Source of the DNA: Marsupella aquatica
Lineage: Eukaryota > Plantae > Marchantiophyta
Assembly: GCA_973895155.1 (NCBI GenBank)
Contig: OZ316895.1
Coordinates: 11,603,858-11,667,857, forward strand
DNA: 64,000 nucleotides
Direction of reading: 5' to 3'
How positions within the stretch are numbered: the first letter of the stretch is position 1; each line of letters starts with the position of its first letter. A program made the position numbers and the translations under genes. This document shows, in pieces, positions 24,660 to 46,258 of the stretch. The notes under the pieces are model-generated. The model was not told the DNA's origin. It did not search any database and saw nothing but the letters and a program-made list of their open reading frames with translations.

Positions 24660-27600
24660 TCAATAAAGAACCTCATCATATACAACATTTTTTGTCAACT
24701 TTGCTTGACCCTCCTCAGAATCTGAAAGTAAAACCTTGATAGTTGTAGGTGATGTTGCCCTTGAGAATGCTACATACAACTGTCCATGACTAAATACAGG
24801 CTTTGAAAGCTGCAACCCTACATGTTCTAAAGTCTGACCTTGAGCCTTGTTTATGGTCATTGCATATGCCACTCGAATTGGAAATTGGACCCTACTTAAT
24901 AAGAAAGGAAGTGACTCGTCAGAAGTCAAGGGTATCTGTGGGATAAATGTAAGGGTTCTTACATGTTTTCCTGCAAGAACACGTGCCTCAATGACACGAC
25001 GATTCATTGCTCTCACAATTAACCAAGTACCATTACACAACCCCAAAGAGTGATCTATATTCCTAAGTAAAATGATAGGGCATCCAACCTTCAATACCAA
25101 CTTATGAGGCGGCAGACCACTCGGCGTGAGTGTATTCAAGAACTCCGTAGGGTAGAAATTTTCCCCTTCGAGCTGATCTGGACGATCAATGCTAAAAAAC
25201 TCACTTGATTCCCCAGGAAGTCCTTCTAAGATAGAGTCGTTAATTTTTAGTGCCTCGTCATTTGTCGGTGCGAGAATAGTTCTCTCACTTAAGAACCTAT
25301 CGTCTACATTAGCAAGAGTCGGGTATATTGCCTGAATCAATGATTCCACACGTCCTCCATCCACCACCATAGACTCAGGGCAAGTAATAAGATTATTTGA
25401 AGGCCCTCCTTTTGGGAGTTTATCATCTCCCAATTGTAGTAGCCACTCCGCAAATGTAACATTACCAAATTCAGGAGATGCGTTAGTTCCTCTTGCCCGC
25501 ATATTTTCAGTTAGCTTCAAAGTCCGTATACTATTCCACACAAGACTTCTTCAAACATGACCCCACAATCTCTGGACGACTTGCCCTTGCCTTCACTGGA
25601 AGCACTTGTCAAAAATCACCTGCAAATACAACTACAACCCCTCCAAAGATTCGGTCATTATCTCGTATGTCGCGTAAAGTTCTATCCAACGCCTCCACTC
25701 CATGCCGATGGATCATGGGTGCTTCATCCCACAAAATAAAAGTTGCCCTCCGCAATAATCCAGCAAGGTCAGATTGTTTTTGGATGCTGCATGTCGATGT
25801 CGAGATTGGTTTCAATGGTAGCTTGAATCTTGAGTGTGCGGTGCGACCTCCATCTAACAAAAGACTTGCAATACCCGAGGAAGCTACGGCCAATGCGACA
25901 TCCCCATCTGCACGGACTCTCCGAAGTAGAACATTCTCCACAAATGTTTGGCCCGTCCCCCCTGGTCCATCAATAAAGAATTCGCTCCATCTCGAGCCCT
26001 CACGGCTGCAAGTATTGCAGTGTACATTGCCCTTTGACCCTCGTTCAACAACGGCTCTTGCTCTGCAAGTTGTTGTAGAAGTACATCCATTGGAAAACAT
26101 GTCTCCTCTCTTATCAACCGGTTTCTATTTTCTTCCTCTTGGAAAAAATCCATACCTGGTTCCGGAAGACCAAACTCCAACAATGTTGTACCCACACTTT
26201 TCAAAGCCTCATCCATCAAATGTAGAGCAAAGCTTTGTTGTTGCTGCTCTGTAGAATCTAAGAAGCCCATCAATTGCAAACGATACCTACAATCATCACT
26301 CAAATTGGATGCATATTGTGCCCATAGGTCGCACGGTTTGGCAACACCTCCAAACAACAATATTGTAATAAATAGTTGTCGTATTTGCGCACCGGTGTGC
26401 ATGCTTGCCGCTTCTTGAAGGCATCTATCCCACTCCTCATCGTTCTCATACAAACCCCGAGCAAGAGCCGCTGCTTGAAAGGTGGGGTATACAGTGCCCT
26501 CAAAAGTGCGAAGGTCGATGAATGATGTTGCACCTTTGATGTGAAGAAGAAGCGCCCTCAAATAGTACCGTTCACCCACGGCTGGTGGCACAAAATACAT
26601 CCTACCAATGCTAAACCCTCTTCTTTGTGGGTTCCATGCACGGGAGGACGCATCCCATACAAACTCATGGGGGAAATTGCTGTAGAGAAGTTGGTTTGCC
26701 TGTTCATGCAAAGTGTTAGCTCTGAACCACCCTATGAGAGTTGTGTCCCTATGAGATTCTCGTTGAACCACATCACTGATGTTAGAATCCTCATTAAACA
26801 TTATAGATTGTTCCCCCTCACAATGAACTTGCAGCCGTTGCACCGAAGTAGTACTCTCAGACATTTCAAACTGGTTAATGCGCCATACTCCCTCAGCAGC
26901 AGACACATATCTGGCATCTAAGTGCTCCTTCACTTCATCTCGTTGCTCCACCTCAACCGTTGCCTTATCATGCCCTTTATAACAGTACTTGTATAAATAC
27001 TTGATTGCTTTAATAGAGCAACAAATCTCCACATTAATATGGGCATTGAATCTCATGCTCAAATATGGACTATGAGGAACAACCCACCTATTGTCAAACT
27101 TAAACCCACTTCGGTCTTTTGAGAAATTGCGGCCATCATCCCGACGTCGATACATAGGATACCCATCATCTCCAAAAACTGTTTCGGTTGAGAATGATCG
27201 TGGATAGCCCTTGCTGCACTGCCCGTCAACCATGCAAGGTGAGTTTGGATATACATGACCACATGGACCATGGACCATGGACTTCATAATAGTTTCATAT
27301 AATTGTGGATGTACTCGTGCGTCCGGTATCTCCGCCGACACCAATTGATCAACCAACTTTGGAGTGCGTAACTTATGTCGTTCCACCAATATTATCAGAA
27401 TGTGGGCGTGCGGCAGACCCCTCTTTTGAAATTCAATGACATACATAGAGGCAATAGGTCTACCCAATACCCCTGCCCGAATATCCGCCAACAGGGCCTT
27501 CAACTTAAGTTTGAACACTCTCGCCACAATGTCATCGCGGTCGGCCGGGGTCTGGTAGGGGAAGCAATCCACTTTGATTTCAGGCCATTCAGGATTGCAC

Positions 27601-29970
27601 GCAAAAGTTGTGAAAAGGTCAGGAGGCCCATATCTTCGAACAACCGCCATGGCATCCTGATAGGCCTGCATCATATGTCGTGCACTACCCCCATATGTGG
27701 ACGGTAAAATGTAGGTCCTGCCCACATTGCTTGCTTGTGCATCCCCGTCTTGAACTGCATCTTGTAGCCCTTGATATAACTCAGTCCTAAGCTTTTTCTG
27801 ATTGTTCCGAATATATGTGAGGCGTGTCTGGTCTATACACGCATATGCATCCACAACAAATTGCTTTAGCAATCTTCCTCCACGAAGCAGCCAATCATCT
27901 TCCCGCCTTGCATGTAACATATACGCATAGTATTGAAGTTGGGTCACCTTCTTAGAACCATTTCGTCCACCCCTGGCTCCTGGTTCAACAGCCACAATGA
28001 CCCCATCCTGGAATTCGTGCCCCGCCAACGGGATGTCATAAGACCATCCATCCTGTCCATGAGGAAAGAGTAAAACATAATGGAGCGGTGCATAGGACCT
28101 ATGCCACTCGGAAATCCGTTGTAGGCCACCATTCCTCTTCCTTAGGATTATATCCCTCCCACATGTTTCAATATCCTCATCTCCGACCATTATCACGCCA
28201 ATTTCATCTGGCGTCGGCTTATTGTAGCGCCTAGGGTCTGTGTCCCGCTCCGCTACAATACGTAGCAATACGTCTGGCACCTCGGTGCTGTCAATGCGGC
28301 TCCCTGCATTTTTAAAGACCCTCACATATGGATTGTACGTATGGAGCATCTCTTGCAAGGAAGCCAACACCGCCTGATCCAATTGTGGCATCCTATTCAT
28401 CCTGGAACCCAAAAAAAATCCATAAGACAGCTTATTCCAAAGATCATGTAATATGAAAGGAAATTGAGGCAAAAAGTTGTACATGTTAATTACCTGTTCC
28501 CCAACTCATTCCCTGTGTCATAAATATAGAGTTGAGCAAACTTTGGCCCCGCTCCATCAGGCGGCAAGAGGCTACCGACATGATGATATAATGCTCCTTG
28601 GATACGAAAGGAGTATGGGCCACGATTTCCGCCCCTTTCATCAATTTTAACACCTAGGGACGTAAATGCTAGTGCATTGTTGTAGCCATGAATGTTTTCC
28701 GGAATGCTACAGCTGCGGCATTGGTACCAATCAGCAAGCCTCGAAGTGGTTCAGGAGGAGCACCAAGCGGCGGTAATCCCACTTTCCCGTCGGCACAACA
28801 CATGGTGAAGCATGGGTTGCGTTGTGTTCCTGACTTGCACTCTTCCATCCAATGAAGCGCTTTGCATTGTGGGCACTCGATGTTCATTCGCCCCAAAAGA
28901 TGTCTACCCATTGCAGGGTCCAAAGGCTGCCTTGCCTTTGGCAACCGTTGGATCTCTTCCAATCTTTGACGCTCCCGCAACACGTCATCAGGATTGAGTT
29001 GAGCTGGGGTAACTGGTGCTAGGTTTGTGCCTCCCATTTCCTCTTGGAGGATATTCTCAATCTCGTCCTCCTCATATTCATTTGGCAAATCCAAGGTGCC
29101 CTCAATAAATGTGTCAAATTGACCTCCTCCGTCATCGAGGATAGGATTTTCCCCCTCGTGCAGAGCATCGTCAATGAGCCAATCTTTATCAAAGATGTCA
29201 TGGTTAGACCGTTCATTGTTTGGTATGGATTCATAGGGCATGGGGACGGCCAAAGGGGCAACCCCATCTTGTAAAGCGCCATGAATAAGCCATCCCTCAT
29301 CAAAGACATCCACATGTTGTGGCACAATGTTGGTCATGGGCTCGCACGGTGGGGGGATGGCAAATTCCTCTGGCTCAGGCTGGTCAACCCTACATGCGTC
29401 CAAGGCACCATCAATGAGCCATCCTTCTTCGAACATGGGAGGGTCAGATGCAACGCTCACGGGCGTCACTGCATGGCTGGATATTGCACTTGGGGCAACC
29501 TCTCGACTGTTATTGATAGCGATGGATCTGGCCAAGGCTTGTTGAGTAGCCCTGGCTTCACGGCGAAGCTCCCTTCCACTATTTGCGCAGCCAGATGCCA
29601 GAGTTGATTCCCCGGTTGATTCTAAACTTGCCCCCGCAAGGGAGAGCAACGGTCTCGCCAACGGTGTTGTTGGAGTTTTTCGTGGTGCCCTTGCTTCGCG
29701 CCGTAGTTATCGACCACTAATTCTGTGGGCAGGTGGCACACTTGGCACCACACCTGAACCACTTGGGGTTGGTGCCAAGAGTGCCACACTTGGTTCCAAC
29801 ACCGGGGAACCCATAGTTGGTGTGGCACTTGGTTGTGGCACTGCACAGACTCGAGCCCCCTTTTGCAATCGTCGTTGAGCATATTGTTGCCGACGCCTTG
29901 CATTTATTGCTTCCTTATTTTGGGCATGACGCTCACAATCAGCTTCCAGCCTCTCCCTTGGGGTTCTCAT
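24660..29970 (-). pseudogene. Helitron Rep/PIF1-helicase (RepHel), multiply disrupted
   Basis: Zn-finger-like CPQCKALHW...CCADGKV, HUH motif IEFQKRGLPHAHIL, KYLYKYCYKG, and PIF1 motifs DGPGGTG(Q)T, WDEAPM, GDF*Q, MTINKAQGQT, HGQLYVAFSR. Intron at 28402-28493. Stops at 29707 and 25609; frameshifts near 28697, 25985 and 25540. Confidence 0.93.
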
Positions 29971-30619
29971 GGTGCAAAAGCTCTCAAAACCTGTCCATCA
30001 TCTGCATCCAACCCACAAAACAAATGATAAGTTTTTACGCACCCCCAATCAAGCTCGACAAACCCCTAAGTATCTTGAACGCTGGTTGGGCCACACCTTT
30101 GCAAGAGACCCGAGACATGTGAGGAGACCCAATATCCATCGAGGATACTACTTACCACAATCCCTCGTCTCACCCCCCAACCTTGGTGGCGATCATCCTC
30201 CTTCTAGAATGTCTCTTGCCCCTACGGTATCCACTTTTGGAGCCTCGACCACCCTTCATTCCAGTGGTCACCCATCCCGAATCGCAACTAACATAGTGTT
30301 AGATTTTATTATGGGTCACCCCATGGGGTGTGGCCACCATCAAACTCCCCTGGTTGCCCATTGCACATAGCATCGCAAGTACCCACCATCCACTCCCTTG
30401 GTCACCCATCCTGCATCACATTTCCCAAAAGTATTCAAATTGCTGTGAGGGCCACCCATAGGCTGTGGGCACCAATCCCATCGTCATCCAAAGTCCCGTC
30501 GTCATCCAAAATTGCCTCGCGATTAGAAGTCCCCTCATATATGCATCTGGGGTCCTGCCACCCCCGGACCACGTTTGCCAGACATTTTTTGGTCCCCAAC
30601 CCCCAAAACTACTCGGACC

Positions 30620-31760
30620 AAACGGAGCGGGGAAGAGCGCACGGCGAGGAAGGAGGGACGGCAGGGGTTGGCAGGGAATGTTGGGCCCTCTTGCCTGGGT
30701 CCAGGCGTGCTCAAGAGGGGAGCGAGGCAGCCACGGCACGATGGCAGCATGAGGGGTCGAGCGAGGGGCAGGCAGGGTCAGCGAGTGCGGCAGTGGCAGG
30801 AGGCCCTGGCAAGGCGAGGGCACGGCATGATGGCAAGGCAGGGCAGGCGAGCCTGGTCCAGGCACACGGGGAGTGAAGCTGCGGCAAGGCAGCCGTGGCG
30901 AGCCTGGTCCAGGCGCACGGGGAGTGAAGCTGCGGCAAGAGCCAGCCATGGCGAGGCAGAGCCACGAAGCAGCAGGGGGCGGCAAGAGGGGGCAGGCCGC
31001 GAATGAGGGCGCACGTAGGAGGAGGGGGGAGGAGGGGACAGGCCGCAAGGCAGCCTCCCAGCAGCAGGGGCGAGCAAGGGGAGGCCGTGGCGAGCAAGGA
31101 GGGGAGGCCGCGCCGTGGTCTGCAGGGCAGGCGCGCAGGGCAGGGCATGGCAGGCGCGCACGGGAGGGGAGGGGAGAGAGGTGAGGGGAGGTGGGGCGCT
31201 GGCAGGGCAGGGCAGCCACGGCAGGCGAGCCTGGGTCCAGGCGTGGCAGCTACGGCAGGGCAGGGCATTGTCGTGAAGAAGGAGGCCGTTGCAGGAGGGC
31301 AGGGCAAGCGAGCTCGGCCCTGGCGAGCTGCAGCAGGGGCTGCCAGGGAGACCGCAGGCAGCAAATGGGTGCGTGAGGCAGGGCTGTGGCGAGCCTGGCG
31401 GCAGCAGCGAAAGGGCCATGGCGAGGGAGGGAGGGAAACGCAGCAGCAGCAACGCCAGTGCAAGGGCCGTGGCGAGGCGCGAGGGAGGGAGGGGGAGGAG
31501 ACGCGCGAGGGAGGGAGGGGGGAAACGCGCGAGGGCGCGAGGGGGGGAGGGAGGGAGGGGCGCAATGGGAGGGAGGAGGGTGGGCGCGAGGGAGGGGGGA
31601 GCCCCGATGGCAGCCCCGATGGCAGCCCAAGGGATGGCCAAGGGAGGCTGGCAGCAGCCGAGCGTGAGCCAATGGCCGAGGGTGAGCGCAAGGAGGAGGA
31701 GGCAGTGCAAGGCAGGAAGAACGGCACGGCAGGGCAGGACGGGCGTGCGGGGCTGCCAGG
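30620..31760. repeat. GC-rich, purine-skewed low-complexity tract inside the Helitron 5' region
   Basis: GGCAGG/GGAGGG runs and repeated GGCGAGCCTGG(G)TCCAGGC motifs, which produce many overlapping spurious ORFs. Confidence 0.8.
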
Positions 31761-32113
31761 GTTTGTACTCCTCGCCTGGACTGAGGCAAGGGTAGACTCA
31801 CTCATGAGGGGGTTAGGGGAAGCGAGGCAGCAAGGAAGACCGTTGCAAGACGGCGACATACCTCATCTGGCGAGCGAGGCAGACAAACCAATGAACGGCC
31901 CTTAAAAGACGTTAAAAAATCCAACGGCCATGGATGACTCCCGCCCTAAGCTCATTTCGTAAACGGACGAAAGCCCAAATTTGGCGGCATCCAGTATTAT
32001 AGTGTTAGATGTTATCTGGACTTACTTTTTGAAGTGCCACTTGTCAACGTCTGAAGTTGGTGATCATAGTGCGACTGACGCAAACATGGTACGCTGCAAA
32101 ATGATATGCATCT

Positions 32114-32182
32114 AGTCACAAATTCCATTGAGCAAAACAGGTCAACGAGCCCCAATGGTTTTGCTCAATGGAATTTGTGACT
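32114..32182. repeat. Perfect 25-bp inverted repeat (19-nt loop) just downstream of the BGLU paralog B stop codon
   Basis: AGTCACAAATTCCATTGAGCAAAAC at 32114-32138 and its exact reverse complement at 32158-32182. Confidence 0.9.
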
Positions 32183-32211
32183 CCATTATAAAGTTAATAT
32201 CCATGATTCGG

Positions 32212-39817
<7,606 letters not shown>

Positions 39818-42800
39818 TGCCACTACTCTCTGGTAGAGAAGCAGCAGCACCAAATTAAACTCGTGAATCTGTCCACAATCTGCGACCGTCACAAATTAAA
39901 TGTAGGAGAGATGCACATAGTAAGCTTATGTATCATCATACAGGCAATTAGGATACTGCACAGATCCATGCATATGATATTCTTTATGGAGTTGTGAACG
40001 AGTACGAGATCTGCCTTGATATCCAGCTCATTGGCTGGATCTAAATGACTACCCAGACGATCTTCGGCCAGGGTAGACAGCATAAATCCTGGACTTTCGA
40101 CTTTCTTCAATGAGGTACCCATCGGAATTCCGGAGCACAGCAGTTGTGAGATCTCCGTGACAGTGTACTTCGCATTCACGGCTTCATCTCTAAACGAAAT
40201 GCATACATGGGATATAAGCATCGATCATTCAATTTATTCTATATGATATTGTCGCCTTGCTAGCTTCGAGTGTCCTTCAAGTCCCAGTAAAATGAAATGA
40301 GGATCTCTACGCATACAATCTCTAGTGGGAGGAACTTGGAGATCATCACAGATGGCGATTCAATCGGCTGCGACCTACTTGCATTTCCTGTGCGGTGCAG
40401 TGCAGTGCAGTACAGATATCCTACCGATGTGCTCTTTCGATAGACGCTGGTCCACTTCACGGCTTGCACACGGTTCGTCAATTGCATTGACTAACTGGCC
40501 AACCAAGGAATTTATTCGTCCACGCCCACTACCTGATACCTGCTGATTGTGGTCCAACAAAGCGTGGGATGGGCTTCGTCAGTGTACAATGGATCAGCTG
40601 AAGTGAATGCTCCGCCTAGAAGTGCACGTAATTCTACAATTGCAAGGAAAGCGTAGGGGTCATACTTAGGGTGGCTTTACAATAACTTGGGGCAATGCTC
40701 TTTTCCTAGAGATACAATCCTATCATTCATATGTGGGAACACGCCACACTTCATTTTATATGAAGCTGGGACACAATCAAGCAAAACCACCAATTTACTC
40801 ATCTGTGAGTGGGTCCCTTTTGATGTGTGCTGGCTTTTCCGTCAAAAAGTTAGACCTCTTCTCGAGGTAGTTAAAAAACTGGACAAAAGGGCTACTTGAT
40901 TTTAGGGAATTGCATTTATTGTTTCGAGACCTGATACTATTTGGGTGAGGCGTTTTAACTTTGGTGTAAGGAAATGAGCAGAAGTGATCATCAGCTTTAC
41001 TTTGGATGGAGGAGCGATGGAGGAGCAGAAGTGAACATCAGCTTTACTTTGGATGGAGGAGCAGAAGCACTGAACTGTCCCCACCATCTTGTAAAGCCTG
41101 CCAACTGCCTTAGTTGGAGATGGTTCTGATTGGAGGCTTTAGGCAAAGGTTCCATGCAGAATGGGCAGTGCCAACCAGTGCGGACCCCACTCCGGCCCCC
41201 AGCTCCCCCAAATTTGGAGGTAGTTGGACTAGTCAGGCCACAGTCGCAGGGGGTGACTGTGGCCGGCCCCTGCCTCCACCCTTGTGCCCCAGTCTCCGAT
41301 ACCCGGCCCAGGCCTAGCCTGCGCCCAACTCCATCCGGGCAATACCAGCCCGACTCGACCCAGGCTCCCACCAGCCCGGCTCCGCGAGCCCAATGTTCAA
41401 GTGAGCATCCACAAGCCCAGCAGGAGGCCGTGGCGCGCAACGCCATAGCTCTAGCTCTCATGAAGCTCAAACTTTTTTTTCATGTGATGTGTAGCATGAG
41501 CTGAAAAGGGGTCAATAACCATAGCTTGTTGGCATCTGCTTGTACCTGATACTTCACGGCTGCAGAACTCCCCTCTTGATCAGTGACAAAACTGATTTGC
41601 TTCTCAGTCAATCTGGATTTCTCACGGTGTCAGACCCGATAAATCAATCCAACTGTATGGTATTTTGAAGAAAGTCACTACACACTTGTGCCTTGCTGCA
41701 CCAGAGACGACTCTAGACCTTCCACATGGGCTGCCTAAAATTTGGCTAGCATCTTCACAGGAAATTTTAGCTTTCATTCCAAGTTTCAAGTGGCTTGGTT
41801 ATGGGACATTGGTGAGTCTCACTTCAGGTGTGTAAAGTGATTGTTCCTTCATTTGAGATTTTGAATACCATATATTCATGCATGGGGTGAATATTTGAAA
41901 ACCGTGTAATGCAGGCTCATCGCTCCCGCAGTTTGCGAAATGTGTTAAGAAAGCACTATGACAGCAGTCTGAAATTTCAGCAATTGCTTGCAATTAATTG
42001 ATCTATGTGCATTAATTTTTCAGTTCCCTTAAGTGGTGGACCTTGCCACCCAACGCACCAATCCTAGCACCCTCGCCTAAGTGCCCCTTGGTGCCTGAAC
42101 GCTTACACGGAACTCCTTGAGCAAGCAACTTGGTACCTCTCCTCCAGCGACAACTCCCATACAAAGTCGCACTTGCTCCCTAACTCAACGTTCCTCACTG
42201 TTAGCACAAGCAACCAATTCAAACACCTATGTCAGTAAGTAACCCCGTTGGATCTAGGAACTCCAAGACTAATATCTCTACTCAAGTTCAACAGACATTG
42301 GTAAGTAGGTCAGTGAACAAAACCTCCCGGGCCCGCATGGCCTTGCCATAAGCCAAAGCCAGAGCCAACACCCATTGTTTGTCCATAACAGCCCCTCTTC
42401 AGATGTCACCCAAGCTTCCCCACTTCCTAAGTATTTGTCCCTTGCTGATTGCCCTACCCCCAGGACTTGCTTATGGCCCAAATAGCTAGCTTGTCCCTAT
42501 GCTTGTCCTAAGCTTGTCGAGAAACTTGTCCTAACCTGACTCTAACAACCAACTCCAAGATTCCAACTCCAATGGTAGTCTAGGGGCCAAGTGCACTTGG
42601 AACTCAACCTCCATGACTACTCTACTTTGTCTCCCCAACAAACGCAAGCTCCCATGGGAAACTGAACGCGATCTGGCTGCTGTTTCGGCAGGATTTGGCA
42701 AGCGGGCAAGATAGCCCCCGCAAACCCCAAGAATACATGACACCCCCAAATCCAGCTGAGCTCAGGAGGATGTAATCCTTCTCAAGAGTTTTCCAACGCA

Positions 42801-45326
42801 TCCAAGAAGTCCTCCAATGAACTTCGTGTTGAGAAGTTATCATTGTTTATGTTTCATATTTTCTCTTAGTGTCGCGACCACCTTGACTCACGACTTGGGC
42901 TCACCCTTGGCCCCCAGGGAGACACCACTCCTCTCATATATGCTTCTGGAGACCTGTCACCCCCGGACCGGCTTTGGTCCCCTATATTTGGCCCTCAATC
43001 TGGACTCCAACCCGCATGCATGGGCACACAGCTAACTTGTTATGCCCATAACTTTCTAGCTAGACGTCCATAAGCGTAGTGTCTTAGCCCATTGTGATCA
43101 GGTCGATCCACTGCCAATGCCTAGGCCCTTAGAACCCTCATCAATTTGGGGTTCCAGACGGTCGCACCAGAGCCGCGTTGTATCTCTTGCATCAAACGTC
43201 CTTTGCGCATGAAGTAAACTTCATTAGCCTTGGGCCCAAGAGGAGCTCCCACTCAAGCCCTCAGAAATCAAAGTTTGACTTGGGGTTCAGACGGTCCACC
43301 TTGAGCCCGACCCTTCCCATGGCCGGACCAGCTCCCCAACCAGCTCCAAGCTAGTCTAAGTTAGTGTGTGTCACCAGCTTAGTGCCTTGCCCCTTGCTAG
43401 TGCAACCCCTCGTTGCCCACTAGTCTCCCCATACTTAGTCCCCTCTAGATGGCCGTTGCGGAGGCCTTGACCATAGAGGAGCTCGGCGTCGCAGTCAACG
43501 ACACCGGAGCTAAGTGTTAAGGTAGTCGAGTTCTACATTTTGCACCCCCGTTTAAAAATGGTCATGTCTGTTTGATCCAAAACGTTCCAATATGCCTAGA
43601 TCATTTTGGGTCTTAAAAATATTGTAAGGTAACAAATGGTTTGCCCATAAGGCTGATGCAAACCAAGTTGGTGTGCTCAATCCAAACTTAGGAATTTCTA
43701 ACCAGTCTCACTTATCAAAGTTGGACGCCAGTCTGGGCGAGTAAGCTAACTCCAAACTCATCAGACCCATTGTTCACTCCTCAAGGTACCAGTGCCCTTT
43801 CGATCCTCATTAGATCGAACAAACCTTTAACTTCCACTTGCAAAAAGCAAATCGGCCGCCCAACAACCTCTAGCGCCCACGCAATCCAACTTTATCATTA
43901 AGAGGCCAAGAGGAGTGAAACTAGGATACAACTAACCGGGCAACTAACAAAGGTAGCCACAGCTGCCTGTACCAGGTCACAACAACAATAAGCCGCTTTG
44001 CTTATGATAGCTATCAAGGATCTCTGGTGTATTACCCAAAACTTTCTTTCAGTTCCCAATTCAAGTACTTTTGGCTTGGTCATACCAAACCCACTTTACT
44101 AAATACTCCAAAATCTGTGTGGATGGACTGATACTTTGTCCATAAAACTCCCATGGAGAAGCCAAACTTGGATGGATTGGACTACTACAAAGAGATATGC
44201 TTGAATGTTGTTCTTGACACTTCTCTCCATATTTAACCCCTCTCAGGTCATCATTTCTCTCCAAAAAGAATCTTGTCTATGATTTCATGATCACTTGTGT
44301 CCAAAAGATATCATGGCACTTACCATAGGAGTCTTGATTGCAACCTTCCCTTTATTTGGGGGTTTTATTCTTTTATTATCCTTTTCCCTTCAAATAGTAC
44401 TCTATCTATTGTTTTAGAGTTCAATGAAAAAGTCAAAGACCCGGGATCAAAAAGTAAGGTACATCAGGTGTTGAGCACCTTATCTGGCCTTTATGGTCAA
44501 TGAAACTATGTGCAGACTAAGCACTTCACATTTTACTCATAGCCCCTCAAGTAGTTTCTTCAATATATTATGACAAAATGCAAAATGAATTCAATTTTCT
44601 TCAAGAATATTATTTATAATGGACTGCAAAATGTAATCTTTTCAAGGCACATATATTTGAAGTATTTGGTAAAATGTATTACCCCATGTTGCATTTGAGT
44701 TGCAACTTTGTTGGTTGCACATGTGTTGTGAGTTTGGGAGGGTGACCTGGCATAGCAGGTCACCTGGTAGGGGTGACCTCTTCACCCAGGTTACCATGCC
44801 TTTGTGCCATGGGGGTATACCTTGGAGAATGAGGGATTAGCTCCTCATTCTTCCAAGTTGAGCCTCCCGGCACTAGTAGAGCTCATGTGAGTGTGGCTAT
44901 GGTGAGAGAGAGAGAGAGAGTGTATGCCGGTTGGCATGTAGAGCGACATTGGCAGGGTTCTGCTATGTGTATAGACTTGGAGTCCCGCATGGCTAGCGGG
45001 TGAGTTTGGCTCGACTTAGTGATACCTTGCAGCGGGGTCCCGTTTCGCAAGAGATTGTTATGGATTTTGACGTACATGTGTTGTGTGTCGTGTGATTATT
45101 TGTTTTCTTGTTTACATGGTGTGCCGCGATGTGAGTTGTGTATGGATGTGTGTCCGCACGACAAATGAGCTAACTATGACCAAGCTTGGATGGACTTACT
45201 GATACGTAAAGCTCGGATAGACAACGTATCAGTCCATCCAGGCTTTAAGCTTTAACTATATAGAACTTGCATTGAAAAGATTGGGAGAGTATAGCATCAA
45301 CAAAATAAATAACTATGTGTATTTGT

Positions 45327-45680
45327 AAGGGAACATTATCCATCCTGGACCAGGATCTACAACAGAGTAATAAGGGCCAAGTTTGGTATCATTGGAAAGT
45401 ATTTTTTGTACCAAAAAGTCATTCTGAAACTCACTTTTTGACTTAGATATGGGCCGATATTCACCTCAAGAAAGTGGTGTATGGGTTTGTAAACAGCCCA
45501 AAATCAGATATCCAGTATAAATTTCCAAAAGAATTTCAAATAGCACACAATGGTTTAGAAAATCCACTTTGTACAGTTCTAAAACTTGTCTAGAGCTTTC
45601 TAATGGTACCAAGATTGCAAACAAACACTTTGTTGAGTGGGAGATTTTAACCAGAGAACTCCTCAATAGAGGGGCTAAAA
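45327..45680. repeat. Dispersed repeat / non-autonomous element fragment, copy 2
   Basis: Colinear with 17649-18010 in the same orientation. Confidence 0.75.
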
Positions 45681-45904
45681 TTATTGTCTTCCCCCAAACA
45701 CAGTGCCTGTACACTATATTTGAATAGTGTGCCAAGGGCCTTGTGTTTGAGTTTGACACTCTGTTTTGGATTTTTTTAATCTTGCGGCCTTGTGTTCAAA
45801 TAGTGACGTTGTGTTCAAATAGTGGCTCTGTGTTTGAATATTGACATTGTTTCAAATTTAGGCATTGTGATGAATTTCCAAAAATGGGACAAAATAGATT
45901 TAGG

Positions 45905-46258
45905 TGTTAGAAGATGGTGCATTTGCACTTGGATGTGTGGGGAGAAATCAGATCAGGAAAAACACTCCAAACATACACATGCTCAATAGTTACGTGGTTT
46001 GCCTCAAGGTTGGCTACGTCCACGGGAAGACCAAGCTTTATTAACGGTTATGTGTCTACTCAAGCATCACCATAGCTCTCATCTCTTCAAGCTCTCATCT
46101 CTTGCTATATCACTGTGTTCTCTCTTGAGAACTCTCTTGTGTGTTCTCACACCACATAGAAGTTGAAGAGATAAGGACCAACTCTTCAACTAGGGTTTAC
46201 TATAACCCTAGTTAACATACTAACCATAGTTCAACCCAAGACTGAGTTAACCTCTACA
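45905..46258 (-). repeat. 3' LTR of the Copia element (354 bp)
   Basis: Minus strand reads TGTAGAGG...TCTAACA directly after the PPT and contains CCCGTGGACGTAGCC...AAACCACGTA. Confidence 0.8.

Larger units (their letters stand above)
24224..32009 (-). mobile_element. Full-length Helitron (7.8 kb), disabled
   Basis: On the minus strand the 5' end is A|TCTAACACTATAATAC (32009). The 3' end has the hairpin CGTGCAACGCACG followed by CTAG|T (24224). It sits in an AT target with no TSD and encodes RepHel. Confidence 0.93.

Noticed and set aside
25493-27707. Plus-strand ORFs such as 25493-26254 (253 aa)
   Set aside because: They are antisense shadows of the Helitron RepHel coding sequence.
30328-31905. 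Many long overlapping ORFs (up to 382 aa) on both strands
   Set aside because: They arise from a GC-rich low-complexity tract that lacks stop codons; no domain motifs are visible.
39818-39892. N-terminal extension of BGLU-B given in the ORF track
   Set aside because: It starts at a non-ATG codon and is not conserved in paralog A; the ATG at 39817 matches A's start.
40997-41504. GC-rich ORFs of 157 aa and 124 aa
   Set aside because: They overlap on opposite strands, are low-complexity and show no motif.
42000-44000. Retroelement-like non-coding sequence (possible Gypsy LTR/UTR remnant)
   Set aside because: No paired LTR, convincing PBS, TSD or pol motif could be identified.
44886-45163. TG...CA bounded LTR-like segment with a (GA)n run
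   Set aside because: The flanks (GCTCA / AATGA) do not form a TSD and there is no second copy in the window.
45182-45245. Imperfect hairpin TGGATGGAC..GATACG / CGTATCAGTCCATCCA
   Set aside because: Short, bulged and within repeat debris; not enough support for an RNA gene.
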